DNA of 64,000 nt from Epithemia pelagica (Eukaryota; Protista; Bacillariophyta): the NCBI GenBank assembly GCA_946965045.2, contig OX337232.1, forward strand, positions 3,720,001-3,784,000, written 5' to 3'. How positions within the stretch are numbered: position 1 is the stretch's first letter; each line of letters starts with the position of its first letter. Under the pieces are notes generated by a model. It had not been told where the DNA came from. It searched no databases and saw only the letters and a list, made by a program, of their open reading frames with translations. This document shows, one piece after another, positions 53,701-64,000 of the stretch. The position numbers and the translations under genes are program-made.

Positions 53701-55836
53701 CAAGATACAGAAATCACCATTCGACAGACCAGTGTCCGTGTCGTCTTGAATCATTGTTCCACCACCAATGAGGAAACTTCCACGACGAGAGACACTGGAC
53801 ATTCAGAAACGATTACTGAATGCAGAGCTCCAGTGGTGGTCCAGACCCCGCCACCGAGGATTAGCTTTGAAAGAAACAACGATACGTCTGTACCAGTCCC
53901 ATCCGAAGGGCAACAGAAAACCATGAATCCATCGAGCGTGTCATTGCGCCGATCCACCAGAAAACAATCCTCCAAGGCTTCCAACGAAGCATCCGATCCG
54001 AAGAATTCAAGAAGACACGGTACTCCATTACAGGATTTGGATCAAAACATCTCAAGTGTATCGAACACGGCTGGTTCACATTCTGTGTCGAACACAGTTG
54101 GTTCGAGCGGACCCATTTTGCGACATGTTTCCGGACCTGCTGGTGGAACGCGTCAGCAGCAACGAATCGTCACAAAAATCCGATTAGAGACGAAAACGAG
54201 TAATAATCCGAGCAATTTTCTGGAATATTGGTTTGGCCATCGACTACGCCCTGTTGAGATCCCCATTAAGAACGAAGAGGCGTTGAATCCGGTCGAGAAG
54301 AGAATTGATGCGAATGGTTCTCCATATCAAGGGAATGGGCAATGTTTTGAACTGATTTCAGCCAAGGTTCAAAGCGATGGTGACTCGGCAAGTCAATATA
54401 ACAAAGCCAAGTGCTTAAAGTTGTACTACGTCAATGTTGGTGATGACGGCCATACCTTGCAAGACGAGTTGAATGGGCTTGCCAACTTTTCAGCCCTTCC
54501 CACCTCCAAAGCAGTGGCGCGCTTGGAGCTTTTGCAGAGCCTATGTTGTCAGAAAACCCGCAAGAAAGAAAAAATCTCTGGAATCCACGAACTTGCACGC
54601 GACAAATTTGAATTACTCCCCAAAGAAGGGAACGACGGCTGTGGATTTATCTGCGAAGAGTATCTCAAAACACTCATGACAGAATCGGGGGTAGGGGCAT
54701 CAGCAGATAGCGAACCATGTCGCCGTGTCCTGGCGATTCAAGTTCGTGCCGTGATTCCAACCCTTGGTATATTCAAGGGAATGCTCATACGGAAACGGAT
54801 TCCACGCGGTGAGGCTCCAATTCAGTTTACTCCCTCGATGCAAAAGGTCGGTCCTTCGTTGTCTCCAGTGTCTGTCAATACGGGTATATTGTGGGTCACA
54901 CAAGCGGGGGTTGACCCGTCTCAATTTAGTCAATTCATGGGTCGACACCTCGATCCAAATTTAAAGGATCCACCTGTAAAAACCTTTGACGCAGAGCTCC
55001 AAAAGCACAAGCTTAAGAAGAAAAAGGACCCCGAGGATAACATGATTTTGTCTTTGTGGAAAGCCCTTGGAGTTCCATGGGAAAGTTGCGTCGAATATTC
55101 CGAACAAAGTCTCAAAAGAGATGGTATCAAACACTCCTACGTTCGTGGCCTTTCGGACCCCACCAACGAAATGCCACCAGGGACAGTGTTTGTGACAGGC
55201 CTTCACAAGGCTGCCGCACATCAGAGCGTTTTCGTCACACGTTCACCATGTATCGTCCCCAAGGATGGCCGTGTACTTCCCCATCTTTCTGAGAAGCCGG
55301 CGATGATGTCGGATGAAAATTGGGAATGGTTGAATGAATTGCCCTTTGGAGCAATCATTTTTGCCAATGCATCTGTCGGAATGAAACCATTGCCAACTCA
55401 TATGGCCAATGGCGACCTGGACGGGGATTTGTACTTTGTCTGCTGGAGCAAAGAGATTTTGTCGCAACTATGCAAGGTCGAAAAAATCGTCGACGTCCTC
55501 GACGATTCCTCGAGCCCATCAATCAATAAGCCTATCATGACCACTCAAACCACAAGCACTTTGAATAATGACTGGTTATCTCTGGCACAGCAGCAAATGA
55601 CGGACATGAACACTTTGGTCCAACAGGCTCGTTTGATCAGCGTCTTGTGGCGCTATTCCAAAAAGGTGGCAAAGGACAATCCCGACATGGGCGCTCAACA
55701 CTCGGATGCACAGGCCTATGGCAATGCCTATCATCAAGCGTTGGATATTGGAAAGCATGGTGGAAAAGTGTCTCTTCCCTCGCATTTGCATGCCGGGATT
55801 CCGGAAAATCTTCAATGTTATCTGGAGATCGCGTAA
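50770..55836 (+). CDS. Second KOW-RdRP-like paralog (ATG at 50770; about 1690 aa) with two near-identical KOW-like repeats
   Basis: Starts MRLGVRG like paralog 1. ELGCLVEIVGGIHAKANKGFHGRVTKLTNVMVQVRIQ occurs twice. Highly similar RdRP core with NGDLDGDLYFVCW (about 55414). Confidence 0.85.
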   Translation: MRLGVRGVGGGSDYSILAVTPLAASNNNPISRRPVTRSITRNNNNNAQPRRSGRRRTRRSSTITTTTTTTVPKTTTTTNIPNTITPSPSAVAQSTSQQEQPQRRSSSRWSLLFPWRRTSSSSSSPLRTTTAAPSNPTVSSPPADSHSEDQDNPPCAPVDVIPPSPPSSSSTPVGSNAAGSEQPPITTTTTTGIAGSSPPQHHHQQQQHRYPLRSGSTHSTTHPTTTIENKDVPKDHQDNNKNNHHEIPPDPRMALPSDDDHDQQPQDKDHEPPSLTTPPAVEPHGTALPKATPPLEEEEEESTPEPLVLFVSSPPVRSNHATPNCVSLQPTTTTTEQKEATPATHSAVSNSASMCETPIVVEEEEEANDDSFSPLAVVPPPQCPVLPMNTTTTKTEAEPEARNNKAAMENEDRPSISTTTTRTTTTTKSAKKTHRPIGLSPVLRSAASRTPSRPLLKMVDSPPPRTTAVSQQLTSHEQDDNKEDTNANCPWSPQPGTLSRSSPTRPEPLEVQPTMMMSPLAHGTTGPETQTEPQLSVSPSRRSIASQPQQGQDNDDDKAVGKTTNQYERSHQQKHPTTNTLCGSNQDKEEERNEVRIHLPPHLASHKAKRSSTLHAVVVSTPPNLPLHPEQQENEPEEDESSEDSPRRKSDQDRTVADPGHTRKEDEPLCVATRMTGEDWHASHNDPVANIITTKTSVPTHGQQNTLDMDDAKLELGCLVEIVGGIHAKANKGFHGRVTKLTNVMVQVRIQKKEITIRQTSVRVVGNRCPTTSDETSTSRDVLNAEHSEISTESRAPVVVKTPSVPVPPTLHASRSLESTFVKDAAHHHHQEVCSSPAKEQVQQGEPMLNPETNRQQQETHDTKVTPNASPRIQSDLPCTTVRVATRMGIGSLTQTTNNTSITARSSHTGPDVETTTTTATTPAETTDQQQNTLEMDDAKLELGCLVEIVGGIHAKANKGFHGRVTKLTNVMVQVRIQDTEITIRQTSVRVVLNHCSTTNEETSTTRDTGHSETITECRAPVVVQTPPPRISFERNNDTSVPVPSEGQQKTMNPSSVSLRRSTRKQSSKASNEASDPKNSRRHGTPLQDLDQNISSVSNTAGSHSVSNTVGSSGPILRHVSGPAGGTRQQQRIVTKIRLETKTSNNPSNFLEYWFGHRLRPVEIPIKNEEALNPVEKRIDANGSPYQGNGQCFELISAKVQSDGDSASQYNKAKCLKLYYVNVGDDGHTLQDELNGLANFSALPTSKAVARLELLQSLCCQKTRKKEKISGIHELARDKFELLPKEGNDGCGFICEEYLKTLMTESGVGASADSEPCRRVLAIQVRAVIPTLGIFKGMLIRKRIPRGEAPIQFTPSMQKVGPSLSPVSVNTGILWVTQAGVDPSQFSQFMGRHLDPNLKDPPVKTFDAELQKHKLKKKKDPEDNMILSLWKALGVPWESCVEYSEQSLKRDGIKHSYVRGLSDPTNEMPPGTVFVTGLHKAAAHQSVFVTRSPCIVPKDGRVLPHLSEKPAMMSDENWEWLNELPFGAIIFANASVGMKPLPTHMANGDLDGDLYFVCWSKEILSQLCKVEKIVDVLDDSSSPSINKPIMTTQTTSTLNNDWLSLAQQQMTDMNTLVQQARLISVLWRYSKKVAKDNPDMGAQHSDAQAYGNAYHQALDIGKHGGKVSLPSHLHAGIPENLQCYLEIA

Positions 55837-56836
55837 CACAATCCTACGCTTTTATACTGCAAAAATGTTTGCCTTCATGATTCTGTGAAAAAGGCTCTAG
55901 TTGAAAGGAAATGGTCAAAGATAGAGGGCGTTGTAAAGTACTGGATCCTTCCTTGGCAGCCGACCTCTCGCTTGTCGATTCGTAAGTTGTGGTGGCGGTT
56001 TACGGTATGGCACCTGGCACCTCACCATGCGTGAAGCGTAGGCATGCGTACCAGATAGAGCTACTCGAAGGCGATCGATAATTGCGAAAAATAGTTCTCC
56101 TCTAGCAGAGGCTACAGATTACAGATATGCATAGTTAAGATAGTACTGTCTAATCGTGAAATCATTGGGCATCACACAGCTGGTTGGGCGTAGGGCTATC
56201 AGAATATCCAGCAGACGACGAGCCATTCCCTTAAATCACTACTACAATCACATGCCGATACTAAAGAGCTCGGTCATTTGCTTGAAATGTCACTGAACAA
56301 TCGTCATTCACCATTGAGCGAATCAGCGACTCATCGTGGCTGCCCAACCGATGACAAAATTCGATGGCTTCGAAGCTCTAGAAGAAGGCTCTTGGCCCTA
56401 CGTACGTTTGTAGTTTGTATGTGTATGATTATGGATGCTAGGACCGAGAATAGGACCGATAGTTAACTGCTTACTGGTATCCCCTATCCCTTCTAGATAC
56501 CAAGGGTTATGAGGCTATACTCGAAAAACCCGAACTTCTCAGTCTTCCTATTCCTGCTTCTTGTGGCGCGGCAGCAGCAGAAAGACACAGCCAAAAGCGA
56601 GGGTGAGAGAAAACGTTAATTCTCAGAGACGAGCTTTGAGTTTCTCTCTCTCATTATCATTCGGCCACAACGAAGAAACAAAGAAGTATCATCGTTTCGG
56701 AAACCGGAGACCTTCCGCTAGTAAAACCAGTTGCTGTGTTTCCGATTTGGCATCACCGCGGCTCATTCCTTATTTGTCAGTCATTGAAAACTCTGGCAAA
56801 GTTTTGGTTGTTTAGTGAAACACACACCGTATCACC

Positions 56837-57457
56837 ATGTCCGTTGTTTCTCAACAGCCGCCACCGCCAATGTTGTTGCATCAAATGTTGGCGGACTTGA
56901 CTCATGACTTTTCCACCGTGCAATTGGTTTCCGATCACCATGCGACGCATCAGCCGCTGCCTTCGCGAAACGAACCAGAACGACACCGATCCAGACGACG
57001 AACCAGACCTCCGTCCAATCGGTGGGACAGTTCCTGTGGTGTGGCGTGTCACAAGGCTCCTTCCTTGGTGTTACCGCCTCGATGGGGCGAGCAAGACCGT
57101 CCTTTGATGAATCCGAGCACTTGCAGCAGCAGCAGCAGAGGGAACAATGCCTTGATGTTGCCACCCAAATATCCTCGATCCTCTTCGTCTTCTTCGTCCT
57201 CCTCTTCCTCCTCCCTGTCTCTCATGGGAGCCATGAGCAGTGGTCGCCAGTGGCACCAACCACAAGAGAAATCAGTAAGGGACCAAACTCCCGTGCCTCC
57301 CAAGCTGTGGAATCACCATCCGTCCCAGTATTCCTCTTCCAAGAATGGCACTTCCTTGACGGATGTGCAGCGCATCATTATGAATGCCTTGGATGAAATT
57401 CACGTGGCAGCCTCTTCCTCCGTAGACGAGGAAGAAGACGGTGGTCGCTGGGACTGA
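56837..57457 (+). CDS. Hypothetical Ser/Pro-rich protein (206 aa)
   Basis: ATG-initiated ORF following an AT-rich upstream region, with RW(D/G) and P-x-x-P-R-like motifs. No domain recognised. Confidence 0.55.
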   Translation: MSVVSQQPPPPMLLHQMLADLTHDFSTVQLVSDHHATHQPLPSRNEPERHRSRRRTRPPSNRWDSSCGVACHKAPSLVLPPRWGEQDRPLMNPSTCSSSSRGNNALMLPPKYPRSSSSSSSSSSSSLSLMGAMSSGRQWHQPQEKSVRDQTPVPPKLWNHHPSQYSSSKNGTSLTDVQRIIMNALDEIHVAASSSVDEEEDGGRWD

Positions 57458-59991
57458 TGCACCACACGTCTTGTTTGTATTGTCCCCATTTCTTTTTATT
57501 TTGTGCGACGGTTTTCTCGTTTCGTTTTCAAGCCCAAAGGACCTATACTATATCGCTGGTTCGTGGCCTTGGAATAATCATTTATAATTTGCTACTATTC
57601 ACGGTTTACTCCTTTTGTTTGTCATCTATCTCTCTTCCGTTGAAGTCATTTTCTAGAATGGGAGGACTCCTACCTGAATGTGGAGGAGAACACCATAGTA
57701 AGCCTTGTCTTGTACGGAAAGCAATAAAAGACATTAGTATGGTGAACTATCTACCTAGAGCCAGGAAGTCGATGATGGTTGATCCAATGCTGGAGTATTG
57801 GCTACTACTAGGGGAAGCTTGGGGTCCAAATGGTGAACGAGGGAAAGAAGTACTTGTTGGATGGACTTGGTGGTGGTGGTCTCAACGATGAGAGTGGCCA
57901 ACCGCTCTCGTCAAGGACATGCATGGCCATGGCAACGGTTGGTACCATCCGACGAACAAAACAAGTCGATTCGCCTTGTTCGCTTCTACTCTATAGTCAA
58001 GTGTTCCCTGTGTTCGTGGAGAACAGGGGATTGGAAGACACCCGAGGCAAGGAATGGATTCGGACCATTCACAATAGCATAGCCAAGAAACTCCCAAACG
58101 GTATCCTGCCTCACCTGTCAAACGTGTGTCAGGAACCTTCTTATTTTGCGATTTGGAGTACCATTCTTTGTATTCAGGCACCTGTCAAACAAGTGTCAGG
58201 AACCTTCTTGTTTCGCGATTTGGACTGCCATTCTTTGTTTTCAGGCAAGGAATACATGTCTTGTTGTTGTGGTTCACTCCAAGCAGTCATTATTATGATT
58301 ATTATTTCTTTCTCTTGTGGACTTTGGTGCAACGCGAATTCTCGAATGGAATCGTTCTTGGTCCATCCAAAACGATGAGACGGCGCTTGAGATCACCAAG
58401 TCAGTCTTCTTCTTCTTTGTTCTCGAACTATGTCCCGAAGTTGTAGCAAAGAAGAAAGACAGCATGAGAAATGAGAATATCGATTGTCCTTCGAATCGAT
58501 CAAGGGATTCGAACGAACAGTGTTGGTTGTGACATCCATCCAGAAAGAAGAGAAGAGTGAAGCGAATTTGGATGGTTCATGATATTTTCAGAGCAAAACA
58601 ATTCTTCTAGGAACCATTCTGGAGCAAGTGCTTGTTCTTTGGAGCAGAAGACGATTCTTGTTTGCAGGACACGTCCGTTCGTGTTCGAGGTGGTGGTTCG
58701 ATCTTGGTTGTTCGATGGCAAGAAGACGACCGAAAGGAAGACTTGAGAATCGCGATTGTCAGTCTGGTCTTCCTTCTTGTCTTTTCGTTGCTGTTTTCTT
58801 GCAGATGGGTGTTGCACTTTGTACTTTGGTACTTGCTTTGGTGCATCTGGAATAGATGCAATTGCCTCCATCCCAAGCGCTGCAGAATGAAGAATGAGAG
58901 AAGCCATCGAACTACCCACCTAGGCGATTCTTCTGGTGAGGATACGTGTTCTGTGGGGTCGGTGTCAAATAATTCTCGAGTCGTTTTTGAGTTTGAATTT
59001 GTACAATTCATAATGACAGATTGCGCGACCTACCCGCGTCTTCATGTTCCCTCCGATCTCGTCACAAAGGCGATGAATCAAGGCTCTTGTCTTTCCACCA
59101 TGTCCTATAAACAGGATATAGATGTCTCCTTTTTCCCTGTTCATTGCTTTCTTCCTCTCCATAAGACTACCTCTACTTTCCTACGATAGTACTCCTAGTA
59201 GGTAGGCACGAAGAGGGTTGCACCAATCCCCCCGACGCGACCATCATGGAGCGAGAAGAAACCTAGCATCATGCATATTGTTGCGAGAATCGGCTTTGAC
59301 CACATCATCCACAACACAAGAGCCGTGAGGACCGGTAGAATCCTATCAACACTGAAGCGTGTGTGAATCGAAACCGGTGTAGAGTCACCTGGCAAAAGGA
59401 CGAGGCTCTCTACTAGGTAAGTTGGTAGTTTGATTTCCATTCTCCATCATCACGACAACAAAACTCAGAATGGGAGAACCCTTCATAATGATACTATTTT
59501 CGTCCCACTTCACTTTCTTTGGCTCTATTCTCGAGACTAGCTAGCTACCTACCAAGTCTAAGGTCTTCTTACGAACGCCGCCCAGAGTTCCCAGTCCCAG
59601 TCATAACACAATAGGTCATATTGTGCTCATAAAAAGATGGCGAGCGAGCCACGGTGCTGAGGATTCGTGTGCCAAGTGCCAAGACTCAATTTTCGGGAGG
59701 AGAACAATCCGGCGAAGAACTGTTCTCTATATTCATGTACTCCTACTAGCAAAACGTTTTGCTACATGGCAACAAAGCGGTCTCACAAACTATGTGTTTC
59801 AAACCTTTTTTTGCGGGTGGACTTCTTGTTGTGTAATTTGTGGGCATACCGTTCGGCTGTGTGTGTCTCATTTTTGTTTCATGCAAGGGACACAGGAATA
59901 ACACTATCCAGTGTTTATGGCAAATTGCAGGGGCATTCAGTGGGAGTGTCCACTCGACGTATCGTCTTACACAATACAGACTCTCTATAGT

Positions 59992-61722
59992 ATGGTGGTC
60001 CTTTCTCGGTTCGTCCTCGTCCTGCTGCTGGTCGTTGGTCCAAGAGTTCAGGGTCAATCGGAACACCACCGCCAAGTGCTTCTTGCCGAAACCAATAATG
60101 ACGGTGCAAGGAATTTACCAGGAGGCGTCCTCGAGAGCACCTCGGTCGATCAAGAGGATCCCAATGAGAAGGCCTCCTTCTCCCTTCGAAAACAAGAACA
60201 ACCACCACCAAGGCTTGCCAAGGAAACAACCAAGAAAACGCATGAAAGTTCTTCTTCTCGAATGAGTCGTCGCAAAAAGAAGAAGCAGAAGAAGATCCAC
60301 AAAAAAGACACCAAGAACAAGTCTACAAAAAGCGATCATGGCAAAAAGGAACATCCCAAATCACCGCACTCCCAGGACGAGGACGAGGATGACGAGGAAA
60401 TCGGCATTTCCTGTCCCATTGATGACGATGACGACATGCCGTGGAAGATATCATCCAAACACTACAAAAAGGGCAAAAAAGAAGGCAAACACAAAAAGAA
60501 GAAGCACCAATCCTCGTGCTCCTTTGATTCCCTGGTGGTGTTTGGAGATTCCTTGTCCGACACGGGCACTGGTTTGTTGGAATTTCCGTGCAATGATCCA
60601 TCGACAGGCATTCCCTGTTTGCAACGAACTACCGATGGACGTGTCTTTGTCGAATACTTGGCCGATCTCGTAGTACCATCCTTGAATCCAGGAGGCTTGA
60701 CCATTGGAGATCCCGGGTTCGAAGTGCCCGACGACTCTCCGGTATCGCTTGTGCCAGGCGGGAGCAACTTTGCCCAACGAGCGGCCTATGCTCGGAATCC
60801 CGTCCAGGATCCTCGCGATCCCAGTCTGGCCACGTAAGTGAGTCGATACGCCATTTCCATGGGGATTCAGCCGGCTACGGGGGTTTTGCCACCCACACGC
60901 AGCTTGATTTCCCCCGTGACGGGATATGTGCCACAAATTTCCTTGGCCTTGCCCACCCAGGCGGGTCGCCTTCATGTGGTCGAAGTCGGCGCCAATGACA
61001 TTTTGGAAGCCAGCACCGTGTATTGGACATCTCAAATGGGCCTTTCGACGGGCGGCCTCGACCCCATGACCGTGGTCGAATGGGCCGTGGATGGCATTCA
61101 AAGTCAATTGCAACGCTTGTTGGAAACGGTACCCAATGCCTGTAATACTTTCGTCTTGGGTGTCATTGATATTGCTCAGTTGCCACGCATCCAACTCTTG
61201 GATCAAGCCTATCCCAACCTCGACTTTAGCTCGACCGTCACTGACTTGAGTCATTCCTTGAATCAACAAGTCCAATCTGTCGTGGAGAATCTGCAACCCG
61301 CCTTTGACCAAAAGTGTTTGCACGACAGTAATGATGATGATGATGATGATATGGCCGTCTTTGGCATTCGCTTTGTCGATACGGAAACCTTGTATGCCAA
61401 CGTGTTGGAACATCCCGAATTGCAAGACAAGCGTACCGACGCCCCGTGCAACCAGGCCTATGTCACAACCCAATCCACCTGTTTGTCCTCCTTGGCAGCA
61501 CGATTGGCCTTTCCCTATTATCCATTGCCGCCCAACACTCATCCTCATGACCCAGACGACCCACCAGTCTTTTGTATTGTTCCCGTGGTACCCACGGAAA
61601 CCTGTGACTGTGACGACTTTGTGTACTTTGATGCATTGCATCCCACCACTCAGGTTGCCCGGTTGATTGCCGAAACCATTTCCCATCATGTCTTGGAGCC
61701 ACTCTGTGCTGCGGCAGATTAG
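59992..61722 (+). CDS. Secreted GDSL/SGNH lipase-esterase; probable intron at 60834-60902
   Basis: Signal peptide MVVLSRFVLVLLLVVG; block I VFGDSLSDTG; DGRVFVEYLA; NFAQRAA; block III EVGANDI; block V YFDALHPT. A 69-bp GTAAGT...CAG intron removes the in-frame TAA. Confidence 0.88.
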
Positions 61723-62043
61723 GAATATAGAAACAAGACTTGGCTGAACCACTCTGTGCTGCGGCAGATTAGCAATATAGAAACAAGACTTGGCTCTACC
61801 AAACCGTCCGGAAGGAACCAACCGTCTGCAGAGAGGAAAACTCGGTCAAGCGAAAAGGGGATAATGGGAATATCGCATCAAGAGGATGGTTGTTCTCCTG
61901 ATTTTAATGGTATCTTGACCATTTATTTTTTATCATCTCTCTAGCTAGCATACTGGATAGACTCATTTTATGAACGACGGTATTTCATGTTTATTGTACA
62001 GTAGTAGTGCCTAGTCTGTGTTGTTGTTGTTTTCTTTTGCTTT

Positions 62044-64000
62044 TTAAGACAACCCTTTGGCTTCTTCCCCTGGTTGTTGTTCTTGGTCTTCTTCTTCTTC
62101 TGGAGCATGCTGGTGATCTTCGGTGGCGGCACTGTCACAAATCTGATGATGCGTCGGTGAGTGGGAATGGTGATTGGCATTATGACACCACGCCACGGCA
62201 AAAAATGTCAGGGCATTGAATTGGGTACACAAATCTTCTCCTCCTACAGGATCCGTGTCTCCTCCTCCTTTTCCTCTTGGACCACCAGCACCCATGGAGG
62301 ATGCCGTGTGTGCCATGGTGACGTTGGACCGAAGAATGCCACTGTCATTGACGTGCATAAAGTACGATGATGCCGCCGTGGGATTGCTTGTCACGGCCTT
62401 GATGGCTCCTGCTGCTGCTTCTGCAGCTGTTTTTTCTTTGGATTGAGCTGGTTGGGTGTCTTGTTCCTTCTCCGTCTCCTCCGCAATGGTGGTTGGTGCA
62501 TGTCGTGGACGTCGTCGTGGGGAGTTCTTATTGTTGGTCACCCTGGCTTTACGAAGTTGATTGGAGGATGGAGAAATACATTCGACCGCCTCCAAATTGG
62601 ACAAGGTTTCTTGAACAATGGCCACCACATGATCTACATTGGCCGTACTATCAGTGGTGGTCACCAAGGAGGTTGTTTCGTGGTGTTCCGAAAATCCCAT
62701 GTGGTGATGATGATGAAAGGCCCCGGGTGTAATGGCTCCCGTGGTTGCATCCGTGTTGGAAGGGACAAAGACAATGGCAGGAGTTCCATCCTCTCCCTCC
62801 ATACTAATGAGTTCCAACAATCGATCGTCTTCTGCGTGATCGTTTTGTGCTTGTTTGACATTTTGTTCGTCCGTGTGAGTACTTGGTTTGGTCTTGGGTG
62901 TCGGATCATTGGTTGCCTTTTGCGTTTCGTCGTCTTGTCCATGAGCCATTTCTATTAATCGGTTGTACACATCTTGAGGCGACAACAAGAGGTAGTTGTT
63001 GGGCAAGACCTTGTTGCCCTTTTCATCTGTTCCATTGGGATAGGTAAAGAGAATCATGTTGTCGTCGTCTGGTACAACTTCATTTTCTGGCGATTCATCC
63101 GAAGGAATGGGTGACATGCTCATGGAAAAGGATGGATTGTTGGGAACGACGGAATGATACTGACGGTCGTGTTGTTGCGCAGTGTCGTCCGTTGGCATCA
63201 TTTTGGTTTGTCGGTTTTCCAGTTCATCGCTGGGAGCCATGGAAACCATACCTCGTGACTGAAACGATTGGGTGTAGGTAAAGGAATACTGATCTTGGCG
63301 TGGTGACAAATAGGGGCTGGTTCGAGTTGGTGCCGTTTTGTTGTTGTTGTTGTTGTTGTTTGGAGTCTTGTTGTTGTTCTTGTTGGTATCCTGTTTATGC
63401 ATCACAACGACAGTCGCTTGCGAACTTGGTTGAGAAGTGGGAGGAGACGACCGAGTTTGTGGAGGGGTTTGATTTTGACTGCTGTTGCTACAATGACTCT
63501 GGTTTCTTGTTGTTGTTGTTGTTGTTTTTGTTGTTGTGGACGACTTGGATGAAATCGCAGTCGTAGTCGTAGTTGTTGTACCGGCAGCACCCTTGGATTT
63601 GTGGTTGTCATAGGAGAGCTGCCAACTGACTTCTTCATCCGACGGAAAGGAGGAGGAGGCAGAACTTGGTCCGGTCCGGAGTGTGGAAGAAATACAACTC
63701 TTGTCTTTGGTGGAGGAATGACGAGACTGGTCGTCCTCGTCTTCGACATCGGTCGACGCTTGGGTGGTAACGTCTCCCTCCTCCATTGGTTTCTGGGCGT
63801 CTTGCTTGTGGACGGTCCGCTCCTGTCGTTGTTGCAGATGCAGTTGTTGTTTGAGGATTTGACCAAAGGCATCGTCGTCGCAACAGTCTTCTTGAGGATT
63901 CATTCCACCATCACCAGCACCACAACAATCGTCGAGACTGAACCCTTTTTGCAAATTGGCCAAGCCATGATAAATGGCGGTTCCACTGAGCGAGGCCGAA
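62044..64000 (-). CDS. Hypothetical low-complexity (T/N/Q/S-rich) protein, 5'-incomplete
   Basis: The 639-aa ORF frame stays open upstream to the window edge (SASLSGTAIYHGL...). No domain recognised. Confidence 0.6.
   Translation of the reverse strand, partial: SASLSGTAIYHGLANLQKGFSLDDCCGAGDGGMNPQEDCCDDDAFGQILKQQLHLQQRQERTVHKQDAQKPMEEGDVTTQASTDVEDEDDQSRHSSTKDKSCISSTLRTGPSSASSSFPSDEEVSWQLSYDNHKSKGAAGTTTTTTTAISSKSSTTTKTTTTTTRNQSHCSNSSQNQTPPQTRSSPPTSQPSSQATVVVMHKQDTNKNNNKTPNNNNNNNKTAPTRTSPYLSPRQDQYSFTYTQSFQSRGMVSMAPSDELENRQTKMMPTDDTAQQHDRQYHSVVPNNPSFSMSMSPIPSDESPENEVVPDDDNMILFTYPNGTDEKGNKVLPNNYLLLSPQDVYNRLIEMAHGQDDETQKATNDPTPKTKPSTHTDEQNVKQAQNDHAEDDRLLELISMEGEDGTPAIVFVPSNTDATTGAITPGAFHHHHHMGFSEHHETTSLVTTTDSTANVDHVVAIVQETLSNLEAVECISPSSNQLRKARVTNNKNSPRRRPRHAPTTIAEETEKEQDTQPAQSKEKTAAEAAAGAIKAVTSNPTAASSYFMHVNDSGILRSNVTMAHTASSMGAGGPRGKGGGDTDPVGGEDLCTQFNALTFFAVAWCHNANHHSHSPTHHQICDSAATEDHQHAPEEEEDQEQQPGEEAKGLS

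Noticed and set aside
15946-55836. TOP1, RdRP and glycosylase as an integrated giant-virus or RNA-virus segment
   Set aside because: TOP1 has spliceosomal introns and a eukaryotic N-terminus, the RdRP is the cellular DxDGD type rather than the viral GDD palm type, and no capsid or NCLDV core genes are visible.
57457-59440. Several 80-185 aa ORFs on both strands
   Set aside because: No recognisable domains or consistent exon chain could be built, so they were not called as genes.
60835-60837. GDSL gene as a pseudogene or two separate genes
   Set aside because: The TAA lies within a canonical GTAAGT donor, and a 69-bp intron ending at CAG (60902) restores the frame.

Overview
Eukaryotic nuclear DNA. 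It is most likely a pennate diatom, inferred from short GT-AG introns, a CoDi-like copia element, an HSF gene and polyT/Q low-complexity proteins. Left to right: (1) the end of a hAT-like transposon and an EF-hand protein gene; (2) a cluster of four GT32/capsular-polysaccharide-synthesis-type glycosyltransferase paralogs, two intact and two broken; (3) a complete 6.75 kb hAT DNA transposon (3931-10681, TIRs plus an 8-bp TSD) carrying an intact transposase and a second, convergent cargo gene for an Endonuclease III/NTH1-like HhH-GPD DNA glycosylase that lacks the Fe-S motif; (4) a tandem segmental duplication (GT - TOP1 - TIR/HET-like TPR protein - HSF) whose junction is exactly a decayed copia LTR retrotransposon, itself hit by two nested DNA-transposon insertions; the two TPR genes have 6 versus 34 near-identical 42-aa repeats; (5) an HSF gene with one in-frame TGA, head-to-head with a tandem pair of intronless cellular-type RdRP genes fused to KOW-like domains; (6) a small hypothetical gene, a secreted GDSL lipase and a low-complexity gene running off the window. 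The best novel-system candidates are the glycosylase-carrying hAT, the hypervariable TIR/HET-TPR receptor-like genes and the KOW-RdRP pair. All calls are from manual motif reading; no database searches were run.
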